The notes: generated from the letters alone by a model not told the origin. A stretch of 56,095 bases of DNA from a virus (IMGVR_UViG_3300050035_000720:1-56095); one strand, 5' to 3'; shown: positions 1 to 8,672, numbered from the stretch's first letter. Numbers and translations are program-made.

Positions 1-1140
1 ATGGTTGTAGGTTCAAAATCAAAAAACGGGAAAATGAGCTCAGATACCGGCTCTTTGGACGCATTATTAGGCGACGATGAAAATTACGTGCCCATTTCTG
101 ACGACTGGGCCGACATGTTCCGCGACTACATAAACGACAAAAAGGCTGAAAACAAACTCAATACGGTGAAATATTACCAACTACACGCTGGCCAGATTAT
201 CGAGTGGGCAGTCGAGCATAAGATCTCGCTGAAAGATTTTATGCAAAAACATATGAACCTTTTCGTGATCTACCGACGCAAGCAAAATGTCGACGAGGGG
301 ACAGTACGCAAGGCGCAGCAAGTGATAAAGAACATGATGGCCTTCTCCAAGCGTCAGGGCTACGTACAAATAAACAGGTTTACTGACTACAAGCTGACCA
401 AGCTACGCCGTAAGCGCCAGCGTTGGGTACCAGATGATCTGATGGTTAAATTCGTCGACGGCGGCATCGACACGTTCTACAGCGCGGCCAAGCGGCCGGT
501 AATGAAAAACCTCTGCCTGGCACACAGACAATTCTACCACCTTCGCTTTAAGGCATTCATGTTTATTTTGATCGATACCGGCTGCCGGCCAGACGAACTG
601 CTGAAAATTGAGATGCAAGATATTATCGAGTGTCTGAAGTGGCGGCCGGAAGATTCGTCAAAGCAGACACCGAAGCAGTTCCTCAAGGAACGACCCAGTG
701 CGGACGGCCCAAAAGTTATTTTTAGATATACAAAAAATGGCGATACCCGGGCTGTGCCAATCTCCCCTCTCTCACTCGATATCTTAAAAGCCTGGTTGAG
801 AAAGCGGCCGCAGCGTCACGGTGTGGCACCCACTGACCTAGTATTTACCGCGAACCCAGAAGGAGACACGGGCACAAAGGTAGACTACCGCGGACTACTC
901 CGGACGCTCTACAACGTTCAGGAATGGCTTGGTATCCCCAAGGTTGAACAATACAGCTTTTACTGCTTCAGACGCACCACAGCAAGCGCCATGGCCGCCG
1001 ACAATTTGGTTGATGCCAGGGACTATCTCGGTCACAAAAATATTTCGACAACCAACACATATCTTTACACCAGTGAGCAGAGCGTGGCCGACACTCACGC
1101 AAGGGTTGCACCGCTCGAACGGTTTCATCGTAAAAAGTGA
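1..1140 (+). CDS. int: Tyrosine recombinase/integrase
   Basis: DTGCRPDELL (catalytic R), TKNG (K), YCFRR (HxxR box with Y in place of H), LGHKNISTTNTY (H and catalytic Y); N-terminal helical core-binding region. Confidence 0.92.
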   Translation: MVVGSKSKNGKMSSDTGSLDALLGDDENYVPISDDWADMFRDYINDKKAENKLNTVKYYQLHAGQIIEWAVEHKISLKDFMQKHMNLFVIYRRKQNVDEGTVRKAQQVIKNMMAFSKRQGYVQINRFTDYKLTKLRRKRQRWVPDDLMVKFVDGGIDTFYSAAKRPVMKNLCLAHRQFYHLRFKAFMFILIDTGCRPDELLKIEMQDIIECLKWRPEDSSKQTPKQFLKERPSADGPKVIFRYTKNGDTRAVPISPLSLDILKAWLRKRPQRHGVAPTDLVFTANPEGDTGTKVDYRGLLRTLYNVQEWLGIPKVEQYSFYCFRRTTASAMAADNLVDARDYLGHKNISTTNTYLYTSEQSVADTHARVAPLERFHRKK

Positions 1141-1172
1141 CGATATAACTCAAAAATATTTTTATTTCTGCC

Positions 1173-1205
1173 AAAACTAACCGTAACAGTGTGTATACTA
1201 TACGT
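1173..1205 (+). promoter_or_regulatory. 33-bp promoter/operator element, copy 1 (contains TATACT -10)
   Basis: AAAACTAACCGTAACAGTGTGTATACTATACGT is 29/33 identical to 28729-28761; both lie just upstream of + strand genes. Confidence 0.7.
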
Positions 1206-1245
1206 GATGTTTATTACTTACGTAATTAATACAGAAAGGAAAGCA

Positions 1246-1452
1246 ATGGCAGACGAAAAAATAGAGCTGACGCCGACAGAACACGCAATCTTGAAACTGA
1301 TGGCTGACGGCATGACCAGCAGCGAAATTGCCGATGAAACATTCAAGGCAAGACGCACGGTTGACGGCCACAAAGCCAACATCTACAACAAGCTCCGTGT
1401 CAGAAACGCTATGGAGGCCGTCAATGAGGCCAGAGAACTGGGACTGATATGA
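1246..1452 (+). CDS. Stand-alone LuxR/GerE-type HTH regulator
   Basis: LTPTEHAILKLMADGMTSSEIADETFKARRTVDGHKANIYNKLRV matches the LuxR C-terminal HTH pattern; RBS AGAAAGGA before ATG at 1246. Confidence 0.88.
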   Translation: MADEKIELTPTEHAILKLMADGMTSSEIADETFKARRTVDGHKANIYNKLRVRNAMEAVNEARELGLI

Positions 1453-1655
1453 TTGAAAAGTTTACATATGAGTACTGCAATGTTATCACAGACACCAACG
1501 AAGAGTACCTCGATGAAATGAATACTCTGAAGAAGGACGGATGGTCTCCGTCTGACCCTATTGATCCAGCCATGCTCGACCTCTTAATTGCAGGTAAGCA
1601 CGGTAACACTTTTCGCCGCAAGGTTGTGACTACGGCAGAGGCACTATCGAAATGA
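1449..1655 (+). CDS. Hypothetical protein
   Basis: ATGA overlaps with both neighbouring genes. Confidence 0.65.
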   Translation: MIEKFTYEYCNVITDTNEEYLDEMNTLKKDGWSPSDPIDPAMLDLLIAGKHGNTFRRKVVTTAEALSK

Positions 1656-2068
1656 GTGATCCATACGATCGAGCTGTTCAGTCTGAATACATTCGTTACC
1701 TTTGCCTATATTCAGACGGCAACCTAAACGCATTAAGAGACCTCGTTCATGAACAATCTATCAACTGGTGGAAGGACCCGGCTACGGGTGAGCCGATTGA
1801 TCGCAATGTTGGTGAACTGCTCATGCTCGCGGTATCCGAGCTGTCAGAAGCGATGGAGGGCCACCGCAAAAACTTAATGGACGACAAGCTGTCAAGCCAC
1901 AAAATGTTCGAGGTAGAGATTGCAGATTGTCTTATTCGCCTGCTGGACATGGCCGGCGGATTAGGTATCAACATTGGCAGTATCGTTGCCCAGAAGATTA
2001 TCTACAACATGTATCGAGAAGACCATAAGATCGAGCAACGACTTGCGCCTAACGGAAAGCGGTATTAA
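1652..2068 (+). CDS. MazG-like all-alpha NTP pyrophosphohydrolase
   Basis: ExxE...ExxD pattern: SELSEAMEGHRK...EVEIADCLIRLLD, typical of phage MazG-like proteins. Confidence 0.8.
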   Translation: MSDPYDRAVQSEYIRYLCLYSDGNLNALRDLVHEQSINWWKDPATGEPIDRNVGELLMLAVSELSEAMEGHRKNLMDDKLSSHKMFEVEIADCLIRLLDMAGGLGINIGSIVAQKIIYNMYREDHKIEQRLAPNGKRY

Positions 2069-2069
2069 T

Positions 2070-2939
2070 GTGATTACGACCGTCCTACGTCCCTTACTGC
2101 GTTACCATGGCGGAAAATTTCGATTGGCCCCGTGGATCATAGGCAATTTCCCTGCCCACAACGTGTATGTTGAGCCGTTTTGTGGCGCGGCGAGCGTATT
2201 GCTGCGCAAACAACGTGTATATGCCGAGGTGATTAACGACCTTGACGAGGATGTCGTAAACATATTCTCGATCATGCGTAATCCTGCACAGGCGAAGGAT
2301 CTAATAAACGCAATCGGTCTGACTCCCTTTGCACGTAAAGAGTTCGAACGCGCCTACGAATACTCGAATGATCCAGTTGAGCGAGCCCGCAGAATGGTCA
2401 TCCGTTCGTACATGGGATTCGGAGCTACTGGCACATTAGGGAACAGCACAGGTTTTCGAAACAACACGACCCGGAGGGGAACCACGCCAGCGCATGACTG
2501 GGCATGGCTGCCTTCCGCACTTGTCGAGATAGTAGATCGACTCCGCGGCGTTATTGTCGAGTCGCGTCCAGCAATAGAATGCATTCAGCAGCATGACGGT
2601 ACGGATGTTCTAATTTACGCGGATCCTCCCTACGTGCATTCCACGCGAAGCAAGGGCAATCCCTATTGCACCAAGCACATGTACCGGCATGAGATGACGG
2701 ACGAGCAGCACCGAGAGTTGGCGGACACGCTGAAACAGGTGAAGGCGATGGTGGTGGTCTCCGGTTATGACTGCCCTCTCTATGCCGAGCTTTATGATGG
2801 CTGGGAGTTTAGAAGCCGAATCGCCATGGCTGACGGCGCGAAAGAGCGTGTCGAATGCCTCTGGCTCAATAATGCTGCCTCTGAAAGGCTTGGACAGAAA
2901 TGTCTAAATCTCGGAAGATTAGAGGCGCCAACAAAATGA
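2070..2939 (+). CDS. DNA adenine methyltransferase (Dam/D12 class), orphan
   Basis: RYHGGK, YVEPFCGAASV (SAM binding), EVINDLD, YADPPY (catalytic); GTG start at 2070 right after the upstream stop; no partner endonuclease. Confidence 0.92.
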   Translation: MITTVLRPLLRYHGGKFRLAPWIIGNFPAHNVYVEPFCGAASVLLRKQRVYAEVINDLDEDVVNIFSIMRNPAQAKDLINAIGLTPFARKEFERAYEYSNDPVERARRMVIRSYMGFGATGTLGNSTGFRNNTTRRGTTPAHDWAWLPSALVEIVDRLRGVIVESRPAIECIQQHDGTDVLIYADPPYVHSTRSKGNPYCTKHMYRHEMTDEQHRELADTLKQVKAMVVVSGYDCPLYAELYDGWEFRSRIAMADGAKERVECLWLNNAASERLGQKCLNLGRLEAPTK

Positions 2940-3274
2940 TCACCCGAGCCGATATTGTGCCTGGTCTGTTTTTTACGTCGAGCGACAACGATGACATTTG
3001 CAGGATTGTTCGCGTTTACGATATGCCGGACGGATGGTTTAAGCTCGGTTGTTCTTATTCAAAGACCAATTGGTGCGACACAGAAGGCTGCTGGACAGTT
3101 TCGTACCACATAGTTGAAGGCAAGATCATTGGACGCTGCTACCCGAGTTACACTCCCTATCACAACTCGAATATGCCCACTCCGGACGATATTCATTGTG
3201 ACCAGATTTGGATCGTCGAACCCGAGCCACACATGATCACCGCCCAACACGGGCAGTTAGGATTCGCATTATGA
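2936..3274 (+). CDS. Hypothetical protein
   Basis: ATGA-coupled to the methylase stop and to the next gene. Confidence 0.65.
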   Translation: MITRADIVPGLFFTSSDNDDICRIVRVYDMPDGWFKLGCSYSKTNWCDTEGCWTVSYHIVEGKIIGRCYPSYTPYHNSNMPTPDDIHCDQIWIVEPEPHMITAQHGQLGFAL

Positions 3275-3648
3275 TTACAGAATTAGTCACCGACCCCGTC
3301 GCGCTGTCGGCTATGGACAAAGGGCAGCTTGCAGTACAGGTGCTAATAAGAAAGCACCCGAAGGTTTGCATCGAAAAGTGCATCCTGTTCACGAACGACT
3401 ACCTGAAGCATTACCTTAATAGCAAGGTGTTCGAATTGCTGGAGGAAATCAAAGTCTCGCCAAAGATTGCCTCTCTGTCTATTAACATCCATACAGGCTA
3501 TGGGCCTACAGATATAGTGGTGCACCAAGACTTGTCGTCCAGATGGTTCGACTGCGAACATGCTGACACAATCTGTTGCATTGCCATCGCATGGGCGCTT
3601 TGCCACGATGCCGGGCTGCTGCCGAAGCCGGAGGCCAGCAATGCCTGA
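3271..3648 (+). CDS. Hypothetical protein
   Basis: ATGA overlap at 3271; part of the coupled gene chain. Confidence 0.6.
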   Translation: MITELVTDPVALSAMDKGQLAVQVLIRKHPKVCIEKCILFTNDYLKHYLNSKVFELLEEIKVSPKIASLSINIHTGYGPTDIVVHQDLSSRWFDCEHADTICCIAIAWALCHDAGLLPKPEASNA

Positions 3649-3919
3649 AAAACCATGGCAGGCACGATTCGCGAAAAAGTTTGGCGGTACTTGCAGTAGC
3701 GAGTTTGCTGCAGTTGTTCAGTTCTTTGCTGCCGAGCTTGCCGCGAATGACACGGAAATCGCTGAGCTAAAAGAGCGATTAGCTCATCCAAATGAGATCA
3801 AATGCACTCGTTGTGGCAATTGGGGCAGAGAACGGCATCGGATTGGCCCGTCTACTCTTTGTCCGGATTGTGCGTCCCTGTTTGGTAAGAAATTGAAGGC
3901 GGCTAATGAGCATAGTTAA
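3641..3919 (+). CDS. Hypothetical protein with CxxC...CxxC zinc finger
   Basis: RBS GGAGG before ATG 3641; coiled coil followed by CTRC...CPDC. Confidence 0.65.
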   Translation: MPEKPWQARFAKKFGGTCSSEFAAVVQFFAAELAANDTEIAELKERLAHPNEIKCTRCGNWGRERHRIGPSTLCPDCASLFGKKLKAANEHS

Positions 3920-4196
3920 CCATCCAGCCTTTAATATGGCATTAACCGAACTAGCTATAGGTACACATAACCACTTACCTAACGATGAAATTTTTCTTGT
4001 TGAAGCGATAGATGCGTATGTCGCCGCTGCCGTTGCTGCCGAACGCGCCAAATGGCTAAAGGTCATAATACGGTCGTATTCCAGTGGTGTACACGAGTGC
4101 AGAATATGCGGCGGAAGGTATCGCCCATGCCGTGTATATGTTAAACATATGGACTGGTGCCCCGCTTACGAGGAGGCAACCAATGAGCATACGTAA
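3906..4196 (+). CDS. Hypothetical protein, C-terminal Cys/His zinc-binding motif
   Basis: CRICG...H..WCP; overlaps neighbours as in an operon. Confidence 0.6.
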   Translation: MSIVNHPAFNMALTELAIGTHNHLPNDEIFLVEAIDAYVAAAVAAERAKWLKVIIRSYSSGVHECRICGGRYRPCRVYVKHMDWCPAYEEATNEHT

Positions 4197-4764
4197 AAGC
4201 CACACATTTTGGACAATGTTCAACAACCTTTTTAATGCCTACATCAATGGGCCAGGACATACCACCAAGACAGAAATATGGGGCAAACTATGCGAACTCT
4301 CCGATGAGCATACCGACAACGCCGTCAGTGCAGAGCGAAAGCGAATTGCTACCCTATTAGCGCATGAGTTGATACCACTCAAAAACCAGAACCCGGTGCT
4401 GCTAAAAATTCTGCCCGATCTTCGAACGCAAATCCTGAACCGAATTCTATACCTGGACAACATTGCCACTTTGATAGGCATCCAGGAAGAGTTCAAGTCA
4501 GCGATGCAGGAAACTGAATTCAAGAAGAAAGCGCAAGCCGAATCAATGGCATATATTGTTGCTCACGCCAAAGACGAAAGGTGTCGTGTTTTTTGGGATG
4601 GTCCAAAAACGCAGCCAGCAACGGCACAGCAGTCACCGCTTCAAGAGCTGCGCACAATGGTCGTCAAGGCATGCGAAACCGGAGATAACCGAGGAAATAT
4701 AGGCAGACTAGGCGCGTTTATTGAAGTTATGGGAATGATCGACGAAATGGAGCCAACGCCATGA
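4183..4764 (+). CDS. Hypothetical protein
   Basis: RBS GAGGAGG before ATG 4183; ATGA overlap with the next gene. Confidence 0.65.
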   Translation: MSIRKSHTFWTMFNNLFNAYINGPGHTTKTEIWGKLCELSDEHTDNAVSAERKRIATLLAHELIPLKNQNPVLLKILPDLRTQILNRILYLDNIATLIGIQEEFKSAMQETEFKKKAQAESMAYIVAHAKDERCRVFWDGPKTQPATAQQSPLQELRTMVVKACETGDNRGNIGRLGAFIEVMGMIDEMEPTP

Positions 4765-5453
4765 AACCTTGCCGCTATTGCGATAAGCTGTTTATCCCGA
4801 CTGCAGAACTACGTTTCTTTTGCTGTGTTAAGTGTCGAGAAATTAAACAGCATAATGACCGTCTCAGATATGGGCGCGCTTACGATGCCGCCAACAAACA
4901 ACAACGTCTCGCTCAGAATAGTGAGTATTGCAAGCGCCCGGACATTAGAATTGAACGGTATGAGCGCAAACGGAGCGAGGAGTACAAAGAGCGACGACGA
5001 AAAACACGACAGAAGCCCAAAGTAAAAGCTAAGGAAAGGGTCGCATTTGCGGAATGGCAGGCGCGAAACCGTGAACGTCGATCTATTTATATGCTGAACT
5101 GGGATCGCCGCAACCAGGCCATAAAATGGGCAAAAGAAGACTTCTCCCGGGCCAGAGAATTCAAACTGGTTAGAACCAGGCCTGTCGACATGGTAGCGAG
5201 TTTTTGGCGCGGTATTCCGAACTCAGTGAAGATCGCTCCGGAGGAAGAGACAGTAGCCTTCTTCGAGTTTGCCGGCAATATGTGGCACATCACGGCACCG
5301 GCCAACACAACTGCAGAAATCAGGAAGCTTGTGGATACACTCAAAGCTCGTGAGAACAGATTAGTCGGCACTATTGTTGCTCCATCCATGCTCGGCGACA
5401 AACGTCTCAACAAGCAGTTATTTGACAAAGATGGCGAGTTTAAGTCCGCGTAA
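4761..5453 (+). CDS. Zinc-finger plus basic coiled-coil protein
   Basis: CRYC...FCCVKC followed by an R/K-rich helix, like the N-terminus of phage HNH proteins; no HNH motif found. Confidence 0.6.
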   Translation: MKPCRYCDKLFIPTAELRFFCCVKCREIKQHNDRLRYGRAYDAANKQQRLAQNSEYCKRPDIRIERYERKRSEEYKERRRKTRQKPKVKAKERVAFAEWQARNRERRSIYMLNWDRRNQAIKWAKEDFSRAREFKLVRTRPVDMVASFWRGIPNSVKIAPEEETVAFFEFAGNMWHITAPANTTAEIRKLVDTLKARENRLVGTIVAPSMLGDKRLNKQLFDKDGEFKSA

Positions 5454-5479
5454 AAACGGCACGCAAAAGTGACTACTGC

Positions 5480-5749
5480 ATGTATCAGTATACTGTAATG
5501 GAGAAAAACAAAACTATGGACACACCAAAATGCGACTTCTGCGGGTACCCCGCTCCGCTCCAAACCGTCAAGATGGGTTTAGGCTCAACGGCTGTCAAGC
5601 ATGAACTGTGCGACCTGTGTGCGAACTCAAGGAGCACCCAGGCACTTGTATACCCGCAGTTGTTCAATCCCGATTTTGTCGAAGAGAAGAAGAAGGTGCT
5701 GTTTAACACCAATGCGCGGTTGGAGGATAAGGGAGCGTTTAAGATCTAA
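5480..5749 (+). CDS. Small zinc-finger hypothetical protein
   Basis: CDFC...CDLC; exact start uncertain. Confidence 0.6.
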   Translation: MYQYTVMEKNKTMDTPKCDFCGYPAPLQTVKMGLGSTAVKHELCDLCANSRSTQALVYPQLFNPDFVEEKKKVLFNTNARLEDKGAFKI

Positions 5750-5764
5750 TTATAGGCGTAAATC

Positions 5765-5775
5765 TGTGGTAAAAT
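5765..5775 (+). promoter_or_regulatory. Extended -10 promoter (TGnTAAAAT)
   Basis: TGTGGTAAAAT ends 8 nt before the tRNA-like RNA; the same GTGGTAAAAT occurs at 45137-45146. Confidence 0.55.
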
Positions 5776-5782
5776 AACCGCA

Positions 5783-5853
5783 GAAGCATTCGGTGAGAGC
5801 CCGAGAAGCGACCTTAAAGCTCGCAAAGACCGGTTGGAATCCGGGATGCTTTA
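5783..5853 (+). ncRNA. Degenerate tRNA-like RNA (possible anticodon TAA)
   Basis: Acceptor GAAGCAT/ATGCTTT, D-like arm TCGG/CCGA, anticodon arm GCGA/TCGC around CCTTAAAGC, T arm CCGG-TTGGAAT-CCGG; lacks D-loop GG, C56 and an encoded CCA. Confidence 0.55.
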
Positions 5854-5908
5854 ACCGTCACCCACACAACACAGCCTAGCGGATCGCGCGAATATTCGGG
5901 ATGCCGGG

Positions 5909-5942
5909 AAAGCCTCAGTCAATATTCTAACTGGGGCTTTTT
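5909..5942 (+). terminator. Intrinsic terminator, probably bidirectional, between the converging arms
   Basis: AAGCCTCAGT-10 nt-ACTGGGGCTT followed by a T run. Confidence 0.75.
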
Positions 5943-5947
5943 GCGGT

Positions 5948-6484
5948 CTACAGGTTTGCAATCACGAGAGATAGCCGATTAACTCTACCAAGCCAACCGG
6001 GAAGGAACTTTTTCAGTTTCGGATTTTCCGCAACCAGCGCATGGTAATGCGCCTCACGACGAGCCAGTATTCCCGCAGCCATTTCGGCATCGGAATGTCC
6101 CACCGCAAACCAATTGTGATATCCCATACTGGTCATCGTGTCGAAAACACGGGTAACAGGAATGCCTAGCACGCCCTGCATGAACTCTAAAGCTGTTCCG
6201 ACACCACAATTTACCCCAGTATCAAAGAGTGTATACGCGGTGCGACTGGCAACGTAGTCCCCGTGAATAGGCACCCAATAATATGCTTTATAAATAGCGC
6301 CGGCTTCGTCATCGGTGATGAACGCCACTGATCGCAGCGGAAGCCCGCTCCGGCGCCGCCAGACGTCATATTCACCCTGCTCGATGCCCTTGCAGGTTGC
6401 ACCGCCCGGATCATCCTGATCATCGCTGTATCCGCCCTCTGCCTGCAGTACAAAGGCTAGTGCTCCTGTGAAATCGTTTTGCAT
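5948..6484 (-). CDS. Endolysin, glycoside hydrolase family 108, with C-terminal peptidoglycan-binding region
   Basis: EGGYSDDQDDPGGATCKGI, YYW, FDTGVNCG and KFLPGWLGRV signature motifs. Confidence 0.92.
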   Translation of the reverse strand: MQNDFTGALAFVLQAEGGYSDDQDDPGGATCKGIEQGEYDVWRRRSGLPLRSVAFITDDEAGAIYKAYYWVPIHGDYVASRTAYTLFDTGVNCGVGTALEFMQGVLGIPVTRVFDTMTSMGYHNWFAVGHSDAEMAAGILARREAHYHALVAENPKLKKFLPGWLGRVNRLSLVIANL

Positions 6485-6508
6485 GGCCGTTCCCTTTCAT
6501 TGTCAGTC

Positions 6509-6534
6509 AAAGAAAAAGCCGCCCGAAAGCGGTT
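6509..6534 (-). terminator. Intrinsic terminator just upstream of the endolysin RBS
   Basis: AACCGC-TTTCGG-GCGGCT-TTTTCTTT on the - strand. Confidence 0.65.
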
Positions 6535-6634
6535 TGAACAAAGTTAGAATATTTGGCATTTTTTCGAACAAAACAGCCATTTATTGGCTATTTAATGAAA
6601 CAAAATGCCGTTTTCGTGAAACAAATCGCAATTT

Positions 6635-6686
6635 AACCCAAGTGGATCAGGCTGCAATTAACTGACCAGATTGATCCACTTGGGTT
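6635..6686. repeat. Perfect 15-bp inverted repeat with 22-bp spacer
   Basis: AACCCAAGTGGATCA (6635-6649) / TGATCCACTTGGGTT (6672-6686). Confidence 0.85.
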
Positions 6687-6688
6687 GT

Positions 6689-7054
6689 TTAAGTTGCTAC
6701 ATGTCGTCGACCGGCCAGCTCGCGCTGCAGCGCGGTCACCTTGCCCTCTAGGACCTTAACCTGCCTGATGGCTGCGTCTCTCTCCGTCTTGAGAACGTCG
6801 ACCTCGGATCTCAGATCTTTGACCTCGGATTGCACCTGCATCAAAATCTGCATGAGCTGGCTGAACGTCGACTCTCCCTGTTGTCGTTCTTCTGCTCGTT
6901 CGGCGAGCTCGACCTGGCGACGAGAAAGCTCGAGCTGTTCTTTGACAGGACGGTTGCGCCACCATTCAATGATTTTGCCTAATAAAACAGACAAGATCCC
7001 TGCCCCTCCGAACGATTGGGCGAGCTTAATCACTTCGGCCTCCTTGGTAGTCAT
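6689..7054 (-). CDS. Membrane-anchored coiled-coil protein in the lysis module (holin/spanin-like)
   Basis: N-terminal hydrophobic helix FGGAGILSVLLGKIIEWW followed by a long heptad coiled coil; next to the endolysin. Confidence 0.6.
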   Translation of the reverse strand: MTTKEAEVIKLAQSFGGAGILSVLLGKIIEWWRNRPVKEQLELSRRQVELAERAEERQQGESTFSQLMQILMQVQSEVKDLRSEVDVLKTERDAAIRQVKVLEGKVTALQRELAGRRHVAT

Positions 7055-7057
7055 GGC

Positions 7058-7255
7058 TTAAACCTCCGTGTTTGCTGGTGTGGATCCACGCGGCACCGAT
7101 AGGTACCCTTTCCACGCTGTGCAGCCGGCCATTATTGAGGCGATGATAACGGCGACAAGTGTTCTGTCGGAAAACGGCTGCACGGCGAAGACAGAGAATG
7201 GAGATACAAACGAGGGAATGATTACTAACGCGCCTTCGATGTCAAACCTCTTCAA
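7058..7255 (-). CDS. Putative holin (2 TM)
   Basis: GGAGG RBS before TTG at 7255; 65 aa with two hydrophobic segments; in the lysis region. Confidence 0.55.
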   Translation of the reverse strand: MKRFDIEGALVIIPSFVSPFSVFAVQPFSDRTLVAVIIASIMAGCTAWKGYLSVPRGSTPANTEV

Positions 7256-7371
7256 GGCCGCCTCCAGGTAGTTTAATGAATGCGAGCTGCCCGGGTTAAC
7301 CGAACAACTCGCACGGGCACGCTGCGCCCAATAGAACAAAACCCACGGATGTAGTCCCGGCTCTTCCGGGC

Positions 7372-7776
7372 TCACGATTGGGGGACTATAATGCCCTGGG
7401 CCGCAAGAATGGAAGCAGCCTGGCCAGCGCCTACTGCGTCCTGCAGCGCTGTGATATAACCGTCCGCCACTCCCTGCTCGATCAGGGTGTTTAGTGTCGG
7501 CTCTTCTGTTACGAAGAAAGCTTCACTGAGCACATTGGCCGGCACTGGGAGCTTCGCAAGAGTGTCGGTAATAGCATTGTCGGCGAACGTGACAGCTTCG
7601 CCCTGGACACTCGCCAGCGTCACGCTTGGGTTAGCCTTGATGATCGCTGCCAGTCCGGTTGCTACGCCGTTCTGAATCGCCGAACCAAGCGTTTGTTTAG
7701 CGATGTAGACCTGCGCCTTGGTGACCGACTTACTGACGTCAATATTGATACCTGTGATTTTTGATAACCAACTCAT
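7372..7776 (-). CDS. Hypothetical Ala-rich protein
   Basis: RBS AAGGA before ATG 7776; N-terminus MSWLSKITGINIDV. Confidence 0.7.
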   Translation of the reverse strand: MSWLSKITGINIDVSKSVTKAQVYIAKQTLGSAIQNGVATGLAAIIKANPSVTLASVQGEAVTFADNAITDTLAKLPVPANVLSEAFFVTEEPTLNTLIEQGVADGYITALQDAVGAGQAASILAAQGIIVPQS

Positions 7777-7789
7777 GATGATTGTTTCC

Positions 7790-8062
7790 TTATAGTGTGA
7801 TGTCCGGGATGTCCGGTTCGAGAGAATTGTAAAGTGCTTCAAGGAGCGCCTTGATGTCGTTGCCGATTACGCCCGGGTATTTGGCAACGAGGTCCTTTTC
7901 GGCAAGTGCCTTGAAGTAGAGAACTACGCCCTTGACAGTCGGTTCAATACCGGCTGACTTGAGTTTGTTTGCGAGAAACTGTTCACCCGCATCAACGGCA
8001 AGGTTTTCGACTGCCTTGGTAACGTCGATATTGATTCCAGTTGCATTGCTGAGGATTGACAT
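7790..8062 (-). CDS. Hypothetical protein
   Basis: RBS GGAGG before ATG 8062; N-terminus MSILSNATGINIDV. Confidence 0.7.
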   Translation of the reverse strand: MSILSNATGINIDVTKAVENLAVDAGEQFLANKLKSAGIEPTVKGVVLYFKALAEKDLVAKYPGVIGNDIKALLEALYNSLEPDIPDITL

Positions 8063-8124
8063 TGGAACCTCCAAAGAAATAACCCCGTGCTCTTTCGAGT
8101 AGGGGCTGTGGTCAAAATTGGTGA

Positions 8125-8631
8125 TTAGTGCGTAAACGTAAACTTTTTACGTGGCCCGCTCTTTACAAACGGCTCTGTCATAAGTCGTTCATGTGTCCAG
8201 TCGGGATGAGCGCGTATCCTGTTAATTAGCCCACTCCTTGACATAATACAACGAGAATCATTAACCCATTCCGTGCATGTTTTGATCTCTCCAAATGCAG
8301 TTAAGTAAACCTTCTCTCTCTTCTGTGCCTGCTTATCAAGAGTAATCACTGCTATGTCTGAAGGTTCCGCGGCAATAATCTTATCGCGATAGTCTAAAAG
8401 TCGCAAAACCTGAGAAAGCTGAGGATTAAGTGCAAAATTCGCGCAAGGTTTGGCTTCCCTGCTGTTAAGTTCAAACAGCACTATCGAACCGTCTCCGCAC
8501 TCATATTTATCGTTGTCGCTGATCGTCAACGCACAAACAAGTTTTGGGTGGCCGTCTCGCTCAATCAATATATGACGCTGGTCATAGTCGTGAACGATTC
8601 CTATGAGTCTGATCTGTTTGTTGTAAACCAT
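8125..8631 (-). CDS. Moron-like protein with C-terminal DNA-binding domain of the type found in phage HNH endonucleases
   Basis: YLTAFGEIKTCTEW...GLINRIR...WTHERLMTEP; RBS GGAG; flanked by hairpins. Confidence 0.6.
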   Translation of the reverse strand: MVYNKQIRLIGIVHDYDQRHILIERDGHPKLVCALTISDNDKYECGDGSIVLFELNSREAKPCANFALNPQLSQVLRLLDYRDKIIAAEPSDIAVITLDKQAQKREKVYLTAFGEIKTCTEWVNDSRCIMSRSGLINRIRAHPDWTHERLMTEPFVKSGPRKKFTFTH

Positions 8632-8641
8632 AGATGTCTCC

Positions 8642-8672
8642 AAAGAAAAAGCCGCTCTGTCGGGAGAGCGGC
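8642..8672 (-). terminator. Intrinsic terminator after the tail genes
   Basis: GCCGCTCT/AGAGCGGC stem followed by TTTTTCTTT on the - strand. Confidence 0.75.

Noticed and set aside
5811-5820. TTA (ochre suppressor) anticodon in the tRNA-like RNA
   Set aside because: The stem register GCGA/TCGC centres TAA, not TTA; no sign of stop-codon recoding.
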